A model generated the notes under the pieces. That model searched no databases. It saw only the letters and a list, made by a program, of their open reading frames with translations, and was not told the origin of the DNA. The translations under genes were made by a program, and so were the position numbers. From Candidatus Woesebacteria bacterium RIFCSPHIGHO2_02_FULL_42_20 (lineage in GTDB: Bacteria > Patescibacteriota > Microgenomatia > UBA8517), in NCBI GenBank assembly GCA_001792535.1, contig MGGS01000013.1, positions 692-64,691 on the forward strand: a stretch of 64,000 bases of DNA, read 5' to 3'. The first letter of the stretch is position 1. The number at the start of each line of letters is the position of its first letter. Of the stretch, positions 38,768 through 48,526 are shown one piece after another.

Positions 38768-39525
38768 GTGCCAAAGTAAATGTAAAAACTGTAGCGGATA
38801 TTGAAAAAATGCGCCAGGGGGGCAAAAAACTGGCCGAAATCAGGCGCTCGCTAGAATCTGCCATAAAACCGGGAATCGCGGCAAGCGAAATTGACGCCCT
38901 GGCAGACAAATTAATTGAAAAGGCCGGATGTAAACCATCATTTAAAATGGTCTCCGGTTATTGTTGGTCCACATGTGTAAATGTGAATGAAGGAGTGGTT
39001 CACGGAATACCGAAAAAAGAAATAGTCTTTGCCGACGGGGACTTAGTGAGTGTCGACGTAGGGGTCTATTACAGAGGTTATCACACCGACACTTCAACTT
39101 CTGTGATTGCCGGTAAAGCTAAAAATGGCCAGTTGTCTTTTTTGGCCACTGGCCGCAATGCACTAAAGAAGGGAATACTTGCCGCTAGGATTGGTAACAA
39201 AGTAGGAGACATATCGGAAGCTATCGAATCTTCTTTAAAAAAAGCAAATCTTAGCCCAATTAGAGCTCTGGTCGGTCATGGAATAGGTAAAGAACTTCAC
39301 GAAGCGCCCTATATTCCGTGCTTTGTATCAAATTCGCTCGACGAGAGCCTCAAAATAAAGGAAGGCTGGACACTGGCGATTGAGGTTATGTATACCCAAG
39401 GCAAACCCGATCTTGTTCTCGAAGAAGATAATTGGACAATACGCACAAAAGATGCTAAAATTTCAGGGCTTTTTGAAGAGACCGTAGCGGTTATCCAAAA
39501 CGGTCCTATTATTTTAACAAAGTGA
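38764..39525 (+). CDS. map: Methionine aminopeptidase
   Basis: VVHGIP, DVG..GYHTD and GHGIG..LHE motifs. Confidence 0.95.
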   Translation: MSAKVNVKTVADIEKMRQGGKKLAEIRRSLESAIKPGIAASEIDALADKLIEKAGCKPSFKMVSGYCWSTCVNVNEGVVHGIPKKEIVFADGDLVSVDVGVYYRGYHTDTSTSVIAGKAKNGQLSFLATGRNALKKGILAARIGNKVGDISEAIESSLKKANLSPIRALVGHGIGKELHEAPYIPCFVSNSLDESLKIKEGWTLAIEVMYTQGKPDLVLEEDNWTIRTKDAKISGLFEETVAVIQNGPIILTK

Positions 39526-39541
39526 ATTTATGATTGGTTTT

Positions 39542-39757
39542 ATGGCTAAACAGATCAACGAAGTAGTCGATGGAGAAGTACTTGAAGCGCTGCCGAATAC
39601 AATGTTTCGGGTATCGCTAGGTGAAGGGCGGAGCGTGCTTACCACACTAACCGGAAAAATGAGAAGGCGGTTTGCACGAATTTTTCCAGGGGATAAAGTA
39701 AAAGTCGAGTTTACGCCGTACGACAAGGATAGAGGCAGAATAGTGTATAAATATTAG
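39542..39757 (+). CDS. infA: Translation initiation factor IF-1
   Basis: [10 protein letters not shown] and GDKVKVE..PYD..RGRI motifs. Confidence 0.96.
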   Translation: MAKQINEVVDGEVLEALPNTMFRVSLGEGRSVLTTLTGKMRRRFARIFPGDKVKVEFTPYDKDRGRIVYKY

Positions 39758-39770
39758 AAAGGCATTCAGG

Positions 39771-39884
39771 ATGAAAGTAAGATCGTCGGTAAAAAAAATT
39801 TGCAACAATTGTAAAATAGTCAAAAGAAAAGGGGTTTTGTATGTAATTTGCATTAACCCTAAACACAAACAGAGGCAAGGATAA
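39771..39884 (+). CDS. rpmJ: 50S ribosomal protein L36
   Basis: Not in ORF track: [37 protein letters not shown]. Confidence 0.97.
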   Translation: MKVRSSVKKICNNCKIVKRKGVLYVICINPKHKQRQG

Positions 39885-39892
39885 AAGTATAT

Positions 39893-40306
39893 ATGGCTAG
39901 AATCGCTGGAGTAGAATTACCCGAAAATATTAAAATTGACTACGCGTTGACTAAAATTCATGGCATCGGCTGGTCAGCGGCAAAAGAGGTCTTAAGAGAT
40001 GCTAAAGTGAGTAATACTAAACATGTTGCCGAGCTTACCCCCGAGGAAATTACTCATATCGCGTCCGTTGTCGATAAATTTCCCACAGAAGGTGAGCTTT
40101 CGCGTCGAGTGCGCTCAAACATTCAAAGACTTCAAGTAATCGCCTCCTATAGAGGTGTCAGACACAATCGTGGCTTGCCTGTCCGGGGGCAAAGAACTAA
40201 GACGAATGCAAGGACCAAACGCGGCAAAAGAAAGACTGTTGGAGCGTTTAAAAAAGACATACTTACAAAGATGAAGCCAGGAGGAGAGGACAAAAGCAAG
40301 GAGTAA
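39893..40306 (+). CDS. rpsM: 30S ribosomal protein S13
   Basis: MARIAGV and GLPVRGQRTKTNARTKRG motifs. Confidence 0.97.
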   Translation: MARIAGVELPENIKIDYALTKIHGIGWSAAKEVLRDAKVSNTKHVAELTPEEITHIASVVDKFPTEGELSRRVRSNIQRLQVIASYRGVRHNRGLPVRGQRTKTNARTKRGKRKTVGAFKKDILTKMKPGGEDKSKE

Positions 40307-40309
40307 GCG

Positions 40310-40675
40310 ATGCCAGCAAAGAAAAAAATAGACACGGCAAAAGTTTTTATCGCTGCCAGTTTTAATAACACTCTGGTTAATATCACCGACGACGGTGGTA
40401 ATTCGCTGATATGGGGTTCGGCGGGTTCTTCAGGATTTAAAGGTACTAGAAAAGCAACGCCGTATGCGGCGACAACCGCTGTTGAAAAAGTTGTCAGCCA
40501 GGCCCGTGACCAGCTCGGGGTCAAGGAGGTTGAAGTTTATATCAAAGGCCCCGGGGCCGGCCGCGATGCGGCTCTGCGAGCTATTCGTGCCTCGGGACTG
40601 AAAATTTCGATGATAGCCGATGTTACGCCTGTGCCGCACGACGGTCCCAGGCCAAAAAAGAGGAGAAGGTCGTAA
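40310..40675 (+). CDS. rpsK: 30S ribosomal protein S11
   Basis: SFNNT, KATPYAA and DVTPVPHDG motifs. Confidence 0.97.
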   Translation: MPAKKKIDTAKVFIAASFNNTLVNITDDGGNSLIWGSAGSSGFKGTRKATPYAATTAVEKVVSQARDQLGVKEVEVYIKGPGAGRDAALRAIRASGLKISMIADVTPVPHDGPRPKKRRRS

Positions 40676-40676
40676 T

Positions 40677-41276
40677 ATGGGAAGGTACCTGGGACCAAAA
40701 GACAGACTATCGAGGCGCGAAAACTTTGACTTGTTTGGCAAAGGCTCGAAGATTACTCGGCTTAGCGTTCCTCCTGGAATGCACGGTCATAAGGGAACCA
40801 GAAAAGTTTCTGAATACGGAAGTCAGCTGAGAGAGAAACAAAAAGTAAAGAGAATGTATGGCCTAATGGAAAGACAACTCCGTAAATATATTGGGCAGGC
40901 ACTTAAAACTTTAGGGAACACGACAAATGTGTTGTTTGCACTTTTGGAAAGACGGCTTGACAACGTGGTTTTCCGCCTTGGTTTTGCGCCAACTCGTCCA
41001 GCAGCACGCCAGCTGGTGTCTCATAGACATGTGACGGTAAATGGTAAAGTGGTAAACATACCCTCATATCAAGTCGAGAAAGATAACTTGATTAGTCTTA
41101 CAGCTAAGGGTGTGAAGGTACCTTCAACAAAATTGAAGCTGGAAGCTAAAGATCACAACTTACCCGACTGGTTGCAAAAAAAGGCTTTAGTAGGTAAAGT
41201 ATCAAGGTTGCCGATACGTGATGACGTTCAGGAAGAAATTGACGACGCGGGCGTGATTGAGTTTTATTCGAGATAA
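40677..41276 (+). CDS. rpsD: 30S ribosomal protein S4
   Basis: SEYGSQLREKQK, LERRLDNVV and IEFYSR motifs. Confidence 0.97.
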   Translation: MGRYLGPKDRLSRRENFDLFGKGSKITRLSVPPGMHGHKGTRKVSEYGSQLREKQKVKRMYGLMERQLRKYIGQALKTLGNTTNVLFALLERRLDNVVFRLGFAPTRPAARQLVSHRHVTVNGKVVNIPSYQVEKDNLISLTAKGVKVPSTKLKLEAKDHNLPDWLQKKALVGKVSRLPIRDDVQEEIDDAGVIEFYSR

Positions 41277-41414
41277 TATGAATATATTAACGAGAGTCAA
41301 GAGCCTTGTGCTCTTATTCGAGGTAATATGAATATATTAACGAGAGTCAAGAGCCTTGTGCTCTTATTCGAGGTAATATGCATATATTAACGGGAAGCAA
41401 GAGCTTATGCTCTT
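41264..41414 (+). repeat. Tandem 50-bp repeat (2 near-identical copies plus 1 degenerate)
   Basis: aatatattaacgagagtcaagagccttgtgctcttattcgaggtaatatg at 41281 and 41331; degenerate copy at 41381. Confidence 0.9.
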
Positions 41415-41443
41415 GCCGAGATAGTTTTAAGGAGGTGAATTAA

Positions 41444-42358
41444 GTGAGCGAACCAATATTTGAGATACAAGAAGACAAAAAAGAAAAAGGATATTCGGTT
41501 TTTACATTATCGCCTTTGGAGCAAGGGTATGGTCACACTTTGGGAACTAGTTTGCGTAGAGTACTACTGACGAGTTTGGAAGGATCAGCTGTAACAAGTG
41601 TAAAAATTGCAGGTGTAAAACACCAGTTTTCCACTCTTAAAGGTATGAAGGAAGACGTTGTTGATTTTATATTAAATGTCAAGCAGATTAGATTTTCTTA
41701 TGACGGAGATAAACCGGTAAAATTGCATCTTGCTGCAAAAACCGCCGGTGAAATTAAAGCTGGTAATATCAAAGTTTCAGGAAATATTAAAGTGGCGAAT
41801 CCAGATCTAGTTCTTTCAAAGCTTTCTAAAGGAGCAAATTTTTCCGTAGATATGGTCGTTGAAAAAGGTTTTGGCTACTCTCCGGCAGAAGAAAGAGAGC
41901 GGGGAGAAATTGGCATGATTCCAATTGACGCGGCTTTTTCGCCGGTTGTCAAAGTTAACTATAAGGTAGAAGAAACAAGAGTTGGGCGTCTTACAAATTT
42001 TGATAAATTGACTTTGGAAGTCTGGACCGATGGCACTATAGAACCCAAAGAAGCATTAATTAGAGCTTCCAAAACTTTGGTTTCGTATTTCGAACAAGTC
42101 ATTTCACCTAAAAAGGTAAAAAAGAAAAAGGATGCGGGGCCTGTTGACGCTCTGGGGCCGGTAGGTAAATTGTCGGTTGAGGAGATAGGCCTTCCGACCA
42201 GAGTTGCGAATGCACTTTCCAGAGCAGGTTATGAGACGGTAGAAAAACTGGTTAAGGCAAACCCGCAAGACTTGATGAAGGTAAGAAACTTGGGAGAGAA
42301 ATCTTTTAAGATAACCCGCGCTGCACTGATGGAGAAAGGGGTGGATTTTGTAAAGTGA
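41444..42358 (+). CDS. rpoA: RNA polymerase subunit alpha
   Basis: PLEQGYGHTLG, DAAFSPV and RNLGEKS motifs; SD AAGGAGGTG before GTG. Confidence 0.97.
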   Translation: MSEPIFEIQEDKKEKGYSVFTLSPLEQGYGHTLGTSLRRVLLTSLEGSAVTSVKIAGVKHQFSTLKGMKEDVVDFILNVKQIRFSYDGDKPVKLHLAAKTAGEIKAGNIKVSGNIKVANPDLVLSKLSKGANFSVDMVVEKGFGYSPAEERERGEIGMIPIDAAFSPVVKVNYKVEETRVGRLTNFDKLTLEVWTDGTIEPKEALIRASKTLVSYFEQVISPKKVKKKKDAGPVDALGPVGKLSVEEIGLPTRVANALSRAGYETVEKLVKANPQDLMKVRNLGEKSFKITRAALMEKGVDFVK

Positions 42359-42786
42359 GAAATAAGGTTTTCGGACGAAAGTTGGGGAGAGATACCGACA
42401 CCAGAAAAGCATTGTTGCGAAGCATTGTGGCTGCTGTGGTCAAAAACGGTAGCATCATTACAACCAAACCCAAGGCAAAGTTTGTTCAAGGATTTGTGGA
42501 TAAACTTGTGGTTTTGGTTAAAAAAGATACGTTAGCCGCAAGAAGGATGGTTTTTGCAAAACTTGGAAATGATAAAACAACTACGCAAAAGTTGTTCGGA
42601 GACTACAAGCTTTCCTTTGGGTATCGGAAAAGCGGCTTTACAAGGATAGTCAATTTGCCAAAACGAAAAGGCGACAGAGCGTCAATTGTGCGCCTGGAAT
42701 TTGTGGATAGGCCGGTAGCCAAAAAGACTGTGGAGGCAAAAAAGATAAAGGTGGGTTTAACAAAACCACAGGTCAAAAAGGAATAG
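42355..42786 (+). CDS. rplQ: 50S ribosomal protein L17
   Basis: RKLGR, TTKPKAK, GFTRI and RKGD motifs. Confidence 0.95.
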   Translation: MRNKVFGRKLGRDTDTRKALLRSIVAAVVKNGSIITTKPKAKFVQGFVDKLVVLVKKDTLAARRMVFAKLGNDKTTTQKLFGDYKLSFGYRKSGFTRIVNLPKRKGDRASIVRLEFVDRPVAKKTVEAKKIKVGLTKPQVKKE

Positions 42787-42790
42787 AAAA

Positions 42791-43210
42791 ATGAAAACAC
42801 ACCAACCAAAAGTAAGTAAGATTAAGCGGGATTGGCATTTGATGGATGCAGCGAGCGAGCCGTTGGGTAGGCTGGCCAGCCGTTCGGCTTATTTATTGAT
42901 TGGGAAAAATAAAAAAGACTATACACCCAATTATGATATGGGTGATTTTGTTGTTGTGGTAAATGCAAGGAAAGTAAAAGTGACGGGTAAAAAAGCCAGC
43001 CAGAAAGTTTATCGAAGCCATTCGGGGTACCCCGGGGGTTTTAAGGAAGTTACATTTAAAAGGCTTAGTGAGAAAAAGCCGGAGGACATAATTAAAAAGG
43101 CCGTTTTTGGTATGCTTCCCGACAACAGGCTTAAGAAATTCAGACTTAAAAGGCTGATGGTGGTTGCAGGCAGCGACAACCCTTTCCAAAATAAATTTGA
43201 AGGCAAATAA
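42791..43210 (+). CDS. rplM: 50S ribosomal protein L13
   Basis: LGRLAS, HSGYPGG and GMLP motifs. Confidence 0.97.
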   Translation: MKTHQPKVSKIKRDWHLMDAASEPLGRLASRSAYLLIGKNKKDYTPNYDMGDFVVVVNARKVKVTGKKASQKVYRSHSGYPGGFKEVTFKRLSEKKPEDIIKKAVFGMLPDNRLKKFRLKRLMVVAGSDNPFQNKFEGK

Positions 43211-43214
43211 AAAT

Positions 43215-43631
43215 ATGGCTAAAGATACAAAAACAAAAAAGGGCTATGTATACGCCATTGGGCGAAGGAAATCCGCTTCGGCAAGGGTGAGGCTTTTCAA
43301 AGGAAACAAGGAAAGCCTGGTAAATGGAGAGGTTATCGGAAAATACTTTCCCGGCGAAGCCATGAGAAAGGTTTGGTCCAAGCCGTTTACGCTAGCGGGT
43401 GTGGCCGGTAAGTACTTCGTTACTATAAAGGTTTCAGGTGGCGGTAAAATTGGGCAATTGGAAGCGGCAGTCCATGGAATTTCCAGAGCGCTCTCGCTTA
43501 TCGACTCGAATAAGTTTAGAAGTACTCTCAAGAAGTTTGGCTTACTTACCCGCGATCCCAGGGTTCGTGAGCGAAGAAAAATCGGCACTGGCGGAAAAGC
43601 CCGCCGTAAAAAGCAGTCACCAAAGAGGTAA
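43215..43631 (+). CDS. rpsI: 30S ribosomal protein S9
   Basis: GRRKSASARV, LTRDPRVRERRK and QSPKR motifs. Confidence 0.97.
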   Translation: MAKDTKTKKGYVYAIGRRKSASARVRLFKGNKESLVNGEVIGKYFPGEAMRKVWSKPFTLAGVAGKYFVTIKVSGGGKIGQLEAAVHGISRALSLIDSNKFRSTLKKFGLLTRDPRVRERRKIGTGGKARRKKQSPKR

Positions 43632-43660
43632 TTCTTCTTAGCACTGTCAAGAAGTAGACT

Positions 43661-44827
43661 TTAGCCTCCGGTAACTCGAATTGCTTCATCAATCGAAGTA
43701 ACTCCTTGGATTACCTTGTCGACGGACGAGTTCCGGAGGCTTTTTATCTTCTTTTGCTTAATTATCGGCAAGAGATCTGCCAGTTGCGGACTTTCAGTAA
43801 TAACAGATCTTATGTCGTCGTCGAAAGGGACAACTTCAAAAATTCCAATGCGGCCTTTGAAGCCGGAGGCTAAGCATTCGTTACAGCCCTTGCCTTTATA
43901 GACTGCATTGGTTTGGGAGTTGCCTAAAAATTTAGCTTCTTGGGGAGTGGGACTGTGTTGCTCTTTGCAACTGTTACAAATTTTGCGCACAAGCCTTGAG
44001 GAAATTACGGCATTAACAGAGTTGGCAGTTACAGACCTGGGCACCCCCATTTCGATTAGTCTTGCCGTTACTCCAAAGACGTTTAAAGTGTGAAATGTCG
44101 AAAACACCAATCTGCCGGTTAAGGCGGCTTGAATTGATATTTGAGCGGTTTCGCTGTCTCTGATTTCTCCTACCATGATAACGTCGGGATCTTGGCGTAA
44201 GACCGCCCGAAGCGCTTTGGCAAAGGTGAAACCGACTGCCTCGCTGATATGAGTTTGTCTGATGCCCTCCATTTGTACCTCGACCGGGTCCTCAATTGTA
44301 ATAATATTGTTGGTGTCTTTTTTTACCGAGTTTAGCATTGAGTAGAGGAGGGTTGTTTTGCCTGACCCGGACGGACCGGTAGTCAAAATCATTCCATAAG
44401 GTTGGCTGATGAGGTTTAAAACGGTTTTGTATTGAGTTTCATCAAACCCGAGTTGGGATATACTTATCAGGATGTCTTCGCGGTTTAGTATTCGCATTAC
44501 AATTGCTTCGCCGTAGATTGTCGGGAAGGCAGAAACCCTGATATTGTAAACCCTGATGTCATAGTTAAACTCAAAATGGCCGTCTTGGGGTAACCTGTGC
44601 TCCGTAATGTCAAGCCCGGCGAGGACTTTTATTCTCGAGGTGGTAGACTCGCTGCTGTCGAGATTAACGTGCTCGATATCCCGAAGCATACCGTCTATGC
44701 GAAATTTAATTTGGATCTTTTCCCTTTGAGGTTCGATGTGAATATCACTGGCACGCTTGCCTATGGCGTCCGTTAATACTTTGTTTAGCCAGTCGTTTTC
44801 CCCGGCCCGGAGTGTGAAATCTGCCAT
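43661..44827 (-). CDS. GspE/PilB family secretion/pilus assembly ATPase
   Basis: ASDIHIEP, GPSGSGKTT, EDPVE, LRQDPDVIMVGEIRD and tetracysteine motifs. Confidence 0.93.
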   Translation of the reverse strand: MADFTLRAGENDWLNKVLTDAIGKRASDIHIEPQREKIQIKFRIDGMLRDIEHVNLDSSESTTSRIKVLAGLDITEHRLPQDGHFEFNYDIRVYNIRVSAFPTIYGEAIVMRILNREDILISISQLGFDETQYKTVLNLISQPYGMILTTGPSGSGKTTLLYSMLNSVKKDTNNIITIEDPVEVQMEGIRQTHISEAVGFTFAKALRAVLRQDPDVIMVGEIRDSETAQISIQAALTGRLVFSTFHTLNVFGVTARLIEMGVPRSVTANSVNAVISSRLVRKICNSCKEQHSPTPQEAKFLGNSQTNAVYKGKGCNECLASGFKGRIGIFEVVPFDDDIRSVITESPQLADLLPIIKQKKIKSLRNSSVDKVIQGVTSIDEAIRVTGG

Positions 44828-45064
44828 ATGACCATTATGTTACTTTTCGGTAAGTTCGGCAAATGCTGCTGTAAACTTTCTTTTTTAATCAAATCTATAA
44901 ATCGCTTTAGGGTATCGACTATTACTGGTATTTCCAGGTAATCAATAAAAATTGCAGTTCAGGCAAGCCATCCGGGAAGAAGCGAAACACTGCTGTCGGA
45001 AAATCTTTCTACCACAAATTCATCGGTTAGCCAGAGTATATGAAGCCATTAACTTCAAACTTGG

Positions 45065-45293
45065 TACCACGGGCGTAGCGACAGCGTAGCCCGTGCGGGG
45101 AAGTTAAACCCGTATCCTGCGTGGTAGGATAATCATGTAAGTGAAATTCAAAGTACAATCACACGTAACCTATGTGGGAACAAATGAAAATACAATTAGA
45201 GATTACATTCAAAATCAGGGAAAACAGGATACGGGTCGATCAGAGATCGTACGAGGAAATGATACCACAGGTGAAGTGTAACGGAACCCGTGG
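45065..45293 (+). mobile_element. Miniature internally deleted IS200-family element
   Basis: Terminal hairpins CACGGGC..GCCCGTG (45068-45095) and CCACAGGT..ACCCGTGG (45265-45293) flank a mini-ORF 45141-45281 made of the TnpA N- and C-termini (KVQSHVTY | VGTNENTIRDYIQNQG). Confidence 0.7.
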
Positions 45294-45299
45294 AGACTC

Positions 45300-45483
45300 A
45301 TTGATTGTGACAAAAAGTGGCGGTATATTAAGCCACGCTGCAATACTCTCAAGAGAGTTAAAAAAACCTTGTATTGTTGGCGTAGGTGAGTCTATTAGTA
45401 TTTTAAAGAATGGTGATGTCGTAAGTGTTAGGGCAGATTTGGGAGTTGTGGAATTAGTGAATAACCCATCCAATAATGCATGA
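45300..45483 (+). pseudogene. 5'-truncated PEP-utilizing mobile (phospho-His) domain
   Basis: IVTKSGGILSHAAILSRELKKPCIVG begins right after the IS end. Confidence 0.7.
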
Positions 45484-45521
45484 CCAAAGAGGAGGTACTT
45501 TCTAAAATTGATCAGGGTGCT

Positions 45522-46997
45522 TTAGGTGTTTCTTAGTATTTTAATAGTTCCTTTATCTGCATGGACTTCGACCAAGTCCCCATCTCTTAAAATAGCAGTT
45601 GCATTAACCGTGCCGACAATACACGGCACACCGAATTCTCGGGCAACAATTGCGGCATGGCAGGTGATACCACCTTCGTCGGTTACGAAAGCTGCTGCTT
45701 TTTCCATAGCAATTACAAAATCAGGGTTTATCATTGAAGAGACCAGAATATCACCTTTATTTACTTTTGGTATATCTTTATTGCTGAAAACAACTTTTAC
45801 TTTTCCTTTCGCAGTGCCTCTTGAAGCACAAATTCCTTTAATTTGATTAGTTGCATCTTTCGACCCGGCCTTTTTTTGTTTTTTGTATTTTTTAGAAACT
45901 AAGTTTTGCAAATTTACTGCCTCATCGCCAAACCGTTTGGCCAGTTTTCCCTGGATCCAAATAATGGCAAACCCCTTTTGTCTTTCTTTAACTAGGTGGA
46001 CTAAATTCTGCTTGCTAACTTTGTTGTCTAGACAGGAGGCAATTTCATCTGGTTCTAAAGAAAGGATTACAGAAAAGGGTAGACCTGCCCTTTTTGCGAT
46101 TTCCTTAAAAAGAGCGACTTTTGTGGCCTGGAAAAGATGTTCGTTAGATTCTGTAGTCAAGGTCCTTAGAAAAATAAATGTTCTCAAAGCCTCGACAAGC
46201 TTTAGTAATTTTCCATGAATGGTATATTTTTGTATGCTTTCCTTGTACTCTTTTTCAGCCTTTGTCCTTTCGCTCCTGATTCTATTAATTTCATAATCTA
46301 GGTTTGTTTTTAATAGATAAAGTTTAATTCGCTCTAAATAGTCATTTTTGGTGAAGGAAACATCTTCGGTTGTTATCGGACCCTTTTGCCATGCATAGTT
46401 TCGGACATGAAACTCAATATCTTTGTCTATCTTTTTACCCTCTTTAATTTTTTGCGCAGTCAACATTAATTTTAGGGGCTCGTCTCTATAGGCCAGCTCG
46501 CCTAAATCTGCCGGTATAGTAACTTTTCCAATAGCATTTTTGGGCAACTCTTTTGATAATCTTTCTTCCAGATACATATCGGGCCTAACCCACGCAGGAA
46601 TCATTGATTTTACATACATTTCAGAGAATTGATTTAAGTGTTTGAGCAGTTCTTGGTTACTCAATTCTTTAAAATTAATTTGTTCTAAATAATAGCGGAA
46701 GTTTTCAACGTTTTCTGTTATATCAAAAATTTTCTTTGCAAATTTTTCAAAGAAACTTTGATCTTCGTTGAATTTATTATCAAAAAAGTTATAAAAACTT
46801 TGAAGGTCGTCTTCAAGGTAATATTCGTCACCGTTTAGGATCATAAAGTTATCTGAGGTAATTGACAACCCTGTATATTTTATCTGATTGCTTTTTGTGT
46901 TGGCCTGAATTTGTCCCCATTCAATAAACCAGCAAAACTTTCTACTAACTTCAAAAGTCCAGTTTAGGTGATTAACTTTTTCTAAAACCATTCTCAA
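45522..46997 (-). CDS. Protein with C-terminal PEP-utilizing mobile domain
   Basis: VTDEGGITCHAAIVAREFGVPCIVG; large helical N-terminus, no obvious ATP-grasp domain. Confidence 0.82.
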   Translation of the reverse strand: MRMVLEKVNHLNWTFEVSRKFCWFIEWGQIQANTKSNQIKYTGLSITSDNFMILNGDEYYLEDDLQSFYNFFDNKFNEDQSFFEKFAKKIFDITENVENFRYYLEQINFKELSNQELLKHLNQFSEMYVKSMIPAWVRPDMYLEERLSKELPKNAIGKVTIPADLGELAYRDEPLKLMLTAQKIKEGKKIDKDIEFHVRNYAWQKGPITTEDVSFTKNDYLERIKLYLLKTNLDYEINRIRSERTKAEKEYKESIQKYTIHGKLLKLVEALRTFIFLRTLTTESNEHLFQATKVALFKEIAKRAGLPFSVILSLEPDEIASCLDNKVSKQNLVHLVKERQKGFAIIWIQGKLAKRFGDEAVNLQNLVSKKYKKQKKAGSKDATNQIKGICASRGTAKGKVKVVFSNKDIPKVNKGDILVSSMINPDFVIAMEKAAAFVTDEGGITCHAAIVAREFGVPCIVGTVNATAILRDGDLVEVHADKGTIKILRNT

Positions 46998-47037
46998 GTT
47001 ATAAATATCCAGGAAATTAAACCGAAGAAGTGCTTAA

Positions 47038-47748
47038 TCAGATTATATTTCCTGTTTTTCTGAATTCCTCGTACATTCTTGCTACGTCTCCAAGCCTATC
47101 CAAAATGTCAGGGATATTACCTGTGTTTAAATCATTTAATACATCCTTCGCTTCTTCCCTTGACAAAACATCGCGTGCCAGATCAGTTACACTTTTTGGA
47201 TCTTGATTGCCGATTCTTCTAACCATAATAGCTGCCAGTATCAGATTTATTCCGGAAATATCTTCATCAACGTGCCTTATATGTGCCCCACTCTTGGTAA
47301 CTAAAACTTCAATAGCAATTCCTCCTTGTGGAGTTACTTGCGCGGTTACCCATTTTTTATCCGGTGTTTTATTATCGCCGTTAACAATAAACGTTTGTGC
47401 ATCTCCAGTTGCCTCGACATCATCAATCTCTGTTCTTATGACCGGCCAAAATATTGAGTCTTCTACACTCGCCATTTTTGCAAGACCGGCCTGTTGTAGC
47501 CGTCTCGCTTCACCTCTTTTACCTTCTGAAAGTCTTTGTTTGGCTTGCACCGATTCATCCGGAAATTGGAATTCCGGTTTTTGTTTGGTCAAGATATATG
47601 TAGCTTCCACGGGGTAAATTACTGCATGAGTATAGCCCTCACCGGCTTTAATTTGAATTAACCTCCCCGTTTCTTTTACGGTTTCAGTTACTTGCTTATT
47701 GTCTATATTATCATGGGATACATCGGAGGATTCATCAGGCGATGGCAT
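47038..47748 (-). CDS. Hypothetical protein
   Basis: 236-aa ORF adjacent to the upstream membrane gene. Confidence 0.55.
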   Translation of the reverse strand: MPSPDESSDVSHDNIDNKQVTETVKETGRLIQIKAGEGYTHAVIYPVEATYILTKQKPEFQFPDESVQAKQRLSEGKRGEARRLQQAGLAKMASVEDSIFWPVIRTEIDDVEATGDAQTFIVNGDNKTPDKKWVTAQVTPQGGIAIEVLVTKSGAHIRHVDEDISGINLILAAIMVRRIGNQDPKSVTDLARDVLSREEAKDVLNDLNTGNIPDILDRLGDVARMYEEFRKTGNII

Positions 47749-47749
47749 A

Positions 47750-48124
47750 TTAGGGATTCTTTTGTGAAGTAACCTTTTCCAAAACCTCTTTTTCCTTGAG
47801 TTCCACCTTAATTGTGCGGAGAAGTTGAGTACCTAAACTTGCAAGTTTAAACCCTGTTGATGCCACAAAGCCCATGAAAAATAAGTGGGCGGCAATGTTT
47901 AGTGGTTTATTTAATTTATCGGAACTGACGAGTTCCTGTTTAAAGTCTGCGTCAGCCGGGGCTTGGTCGGCAAACTTTGAAAAATCCAAAGAAACCGATT
48001 CGAAGGAAAAGAGATTAATAGGCTCTACTTTTTTAGTAAATACCTGATAAACATTGAGTACGGAGAATAAAATCGCAGCAACCCCGACTCCAAGTAAGAC
48101 ATAACCTACCAACTTTTCACTCAT
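47750..48124 (-). CDS. Hypothetical 2-TM membrane protein
   Basis: Two hydrophobic segments; TATAAT 8 nt before ATG. Confidence 0.65.
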   Translation of the reverse strand: MSEKLVGYVLLGVGVAAILFSVLNVYQVFTKKVEPINLFSFESVSLDFSKFADQAPADADFKQELVSSDKLNKPLNIAAHLFFMGFVASTGFKLASLGTQLLRTIKVELKEKEVLEKVTSQKNP

Positions 48125-48236
48125 ACGATGTTATTATACAACAAACTGAACCTTAATTTCACTAGTGGATCAAAGATAGCAGTTCCAATGGAGTGGGCGT
48201 TGACATTGAGTATCAAAACACTATAATTATATTAGT

Positions 48237-48524
48237 ATGCAGAAGGTAATACTACAAGTACCAATGGACAAATCTCTTCGAGACCTTGCCGAGTTTTCGG
48301 CATCAACCCAGGGGTTTTCTTCACTCCAGGAAGCTGTGCGCCTTTTTGTGAACAAACTTGCCAAAGGATTAATAAATGTCTCCCTTGAAGAAGTAGAATA
48401 TCTTAGTAAGGCTGAAGGTCGAGCTTTGACCAAAAAATATAAGGCCTTCGTTTCGGAAAAGAAGAAGGGTAAAACACACCTTGCCCACTCGGCCAATGAA
48501 ATGTTGGATCAGTTGACTTCCTAA
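48237..48524 (+). CDS. RelB/RHH-like antitoxin
   Basis: ILQVPMDKSLRDLAE..GFSSLQEAVRLF pattern; TTGACA-16-TATAAT promoter. Confidence 0.65.
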   Translation: MQKVILQVPMDKSLRDLAEFSASTQGFSSLQEAVRLFVNKLAKGLINVSLEEVEYLSKAEGRALTKKYKAFVSEKKKGKTHLAHSANEMLDQLTS

Positions 48525-48526
48525 TA

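Noticed and set aside
41264-41414. Possible CRISPR array
   Set aside because: Units are contiguous with no unique spacers, and there are no cas genes in the window
28595-43588. Many antisense ORFs over ribosomal genes
   Set aside because: Shadow frames of highly conserved genes
44840-44971. Minus-strand 43-aa ORF MACLNCNFIDY...
   Set aside because: Probably a remnant next to the IS, but too short to assign
45172-45483. 103-aa ORF as an intact gene
   Set aside because: Chimera of out-of-frame IS200 sequence and a truncated PEP-utilizing domain
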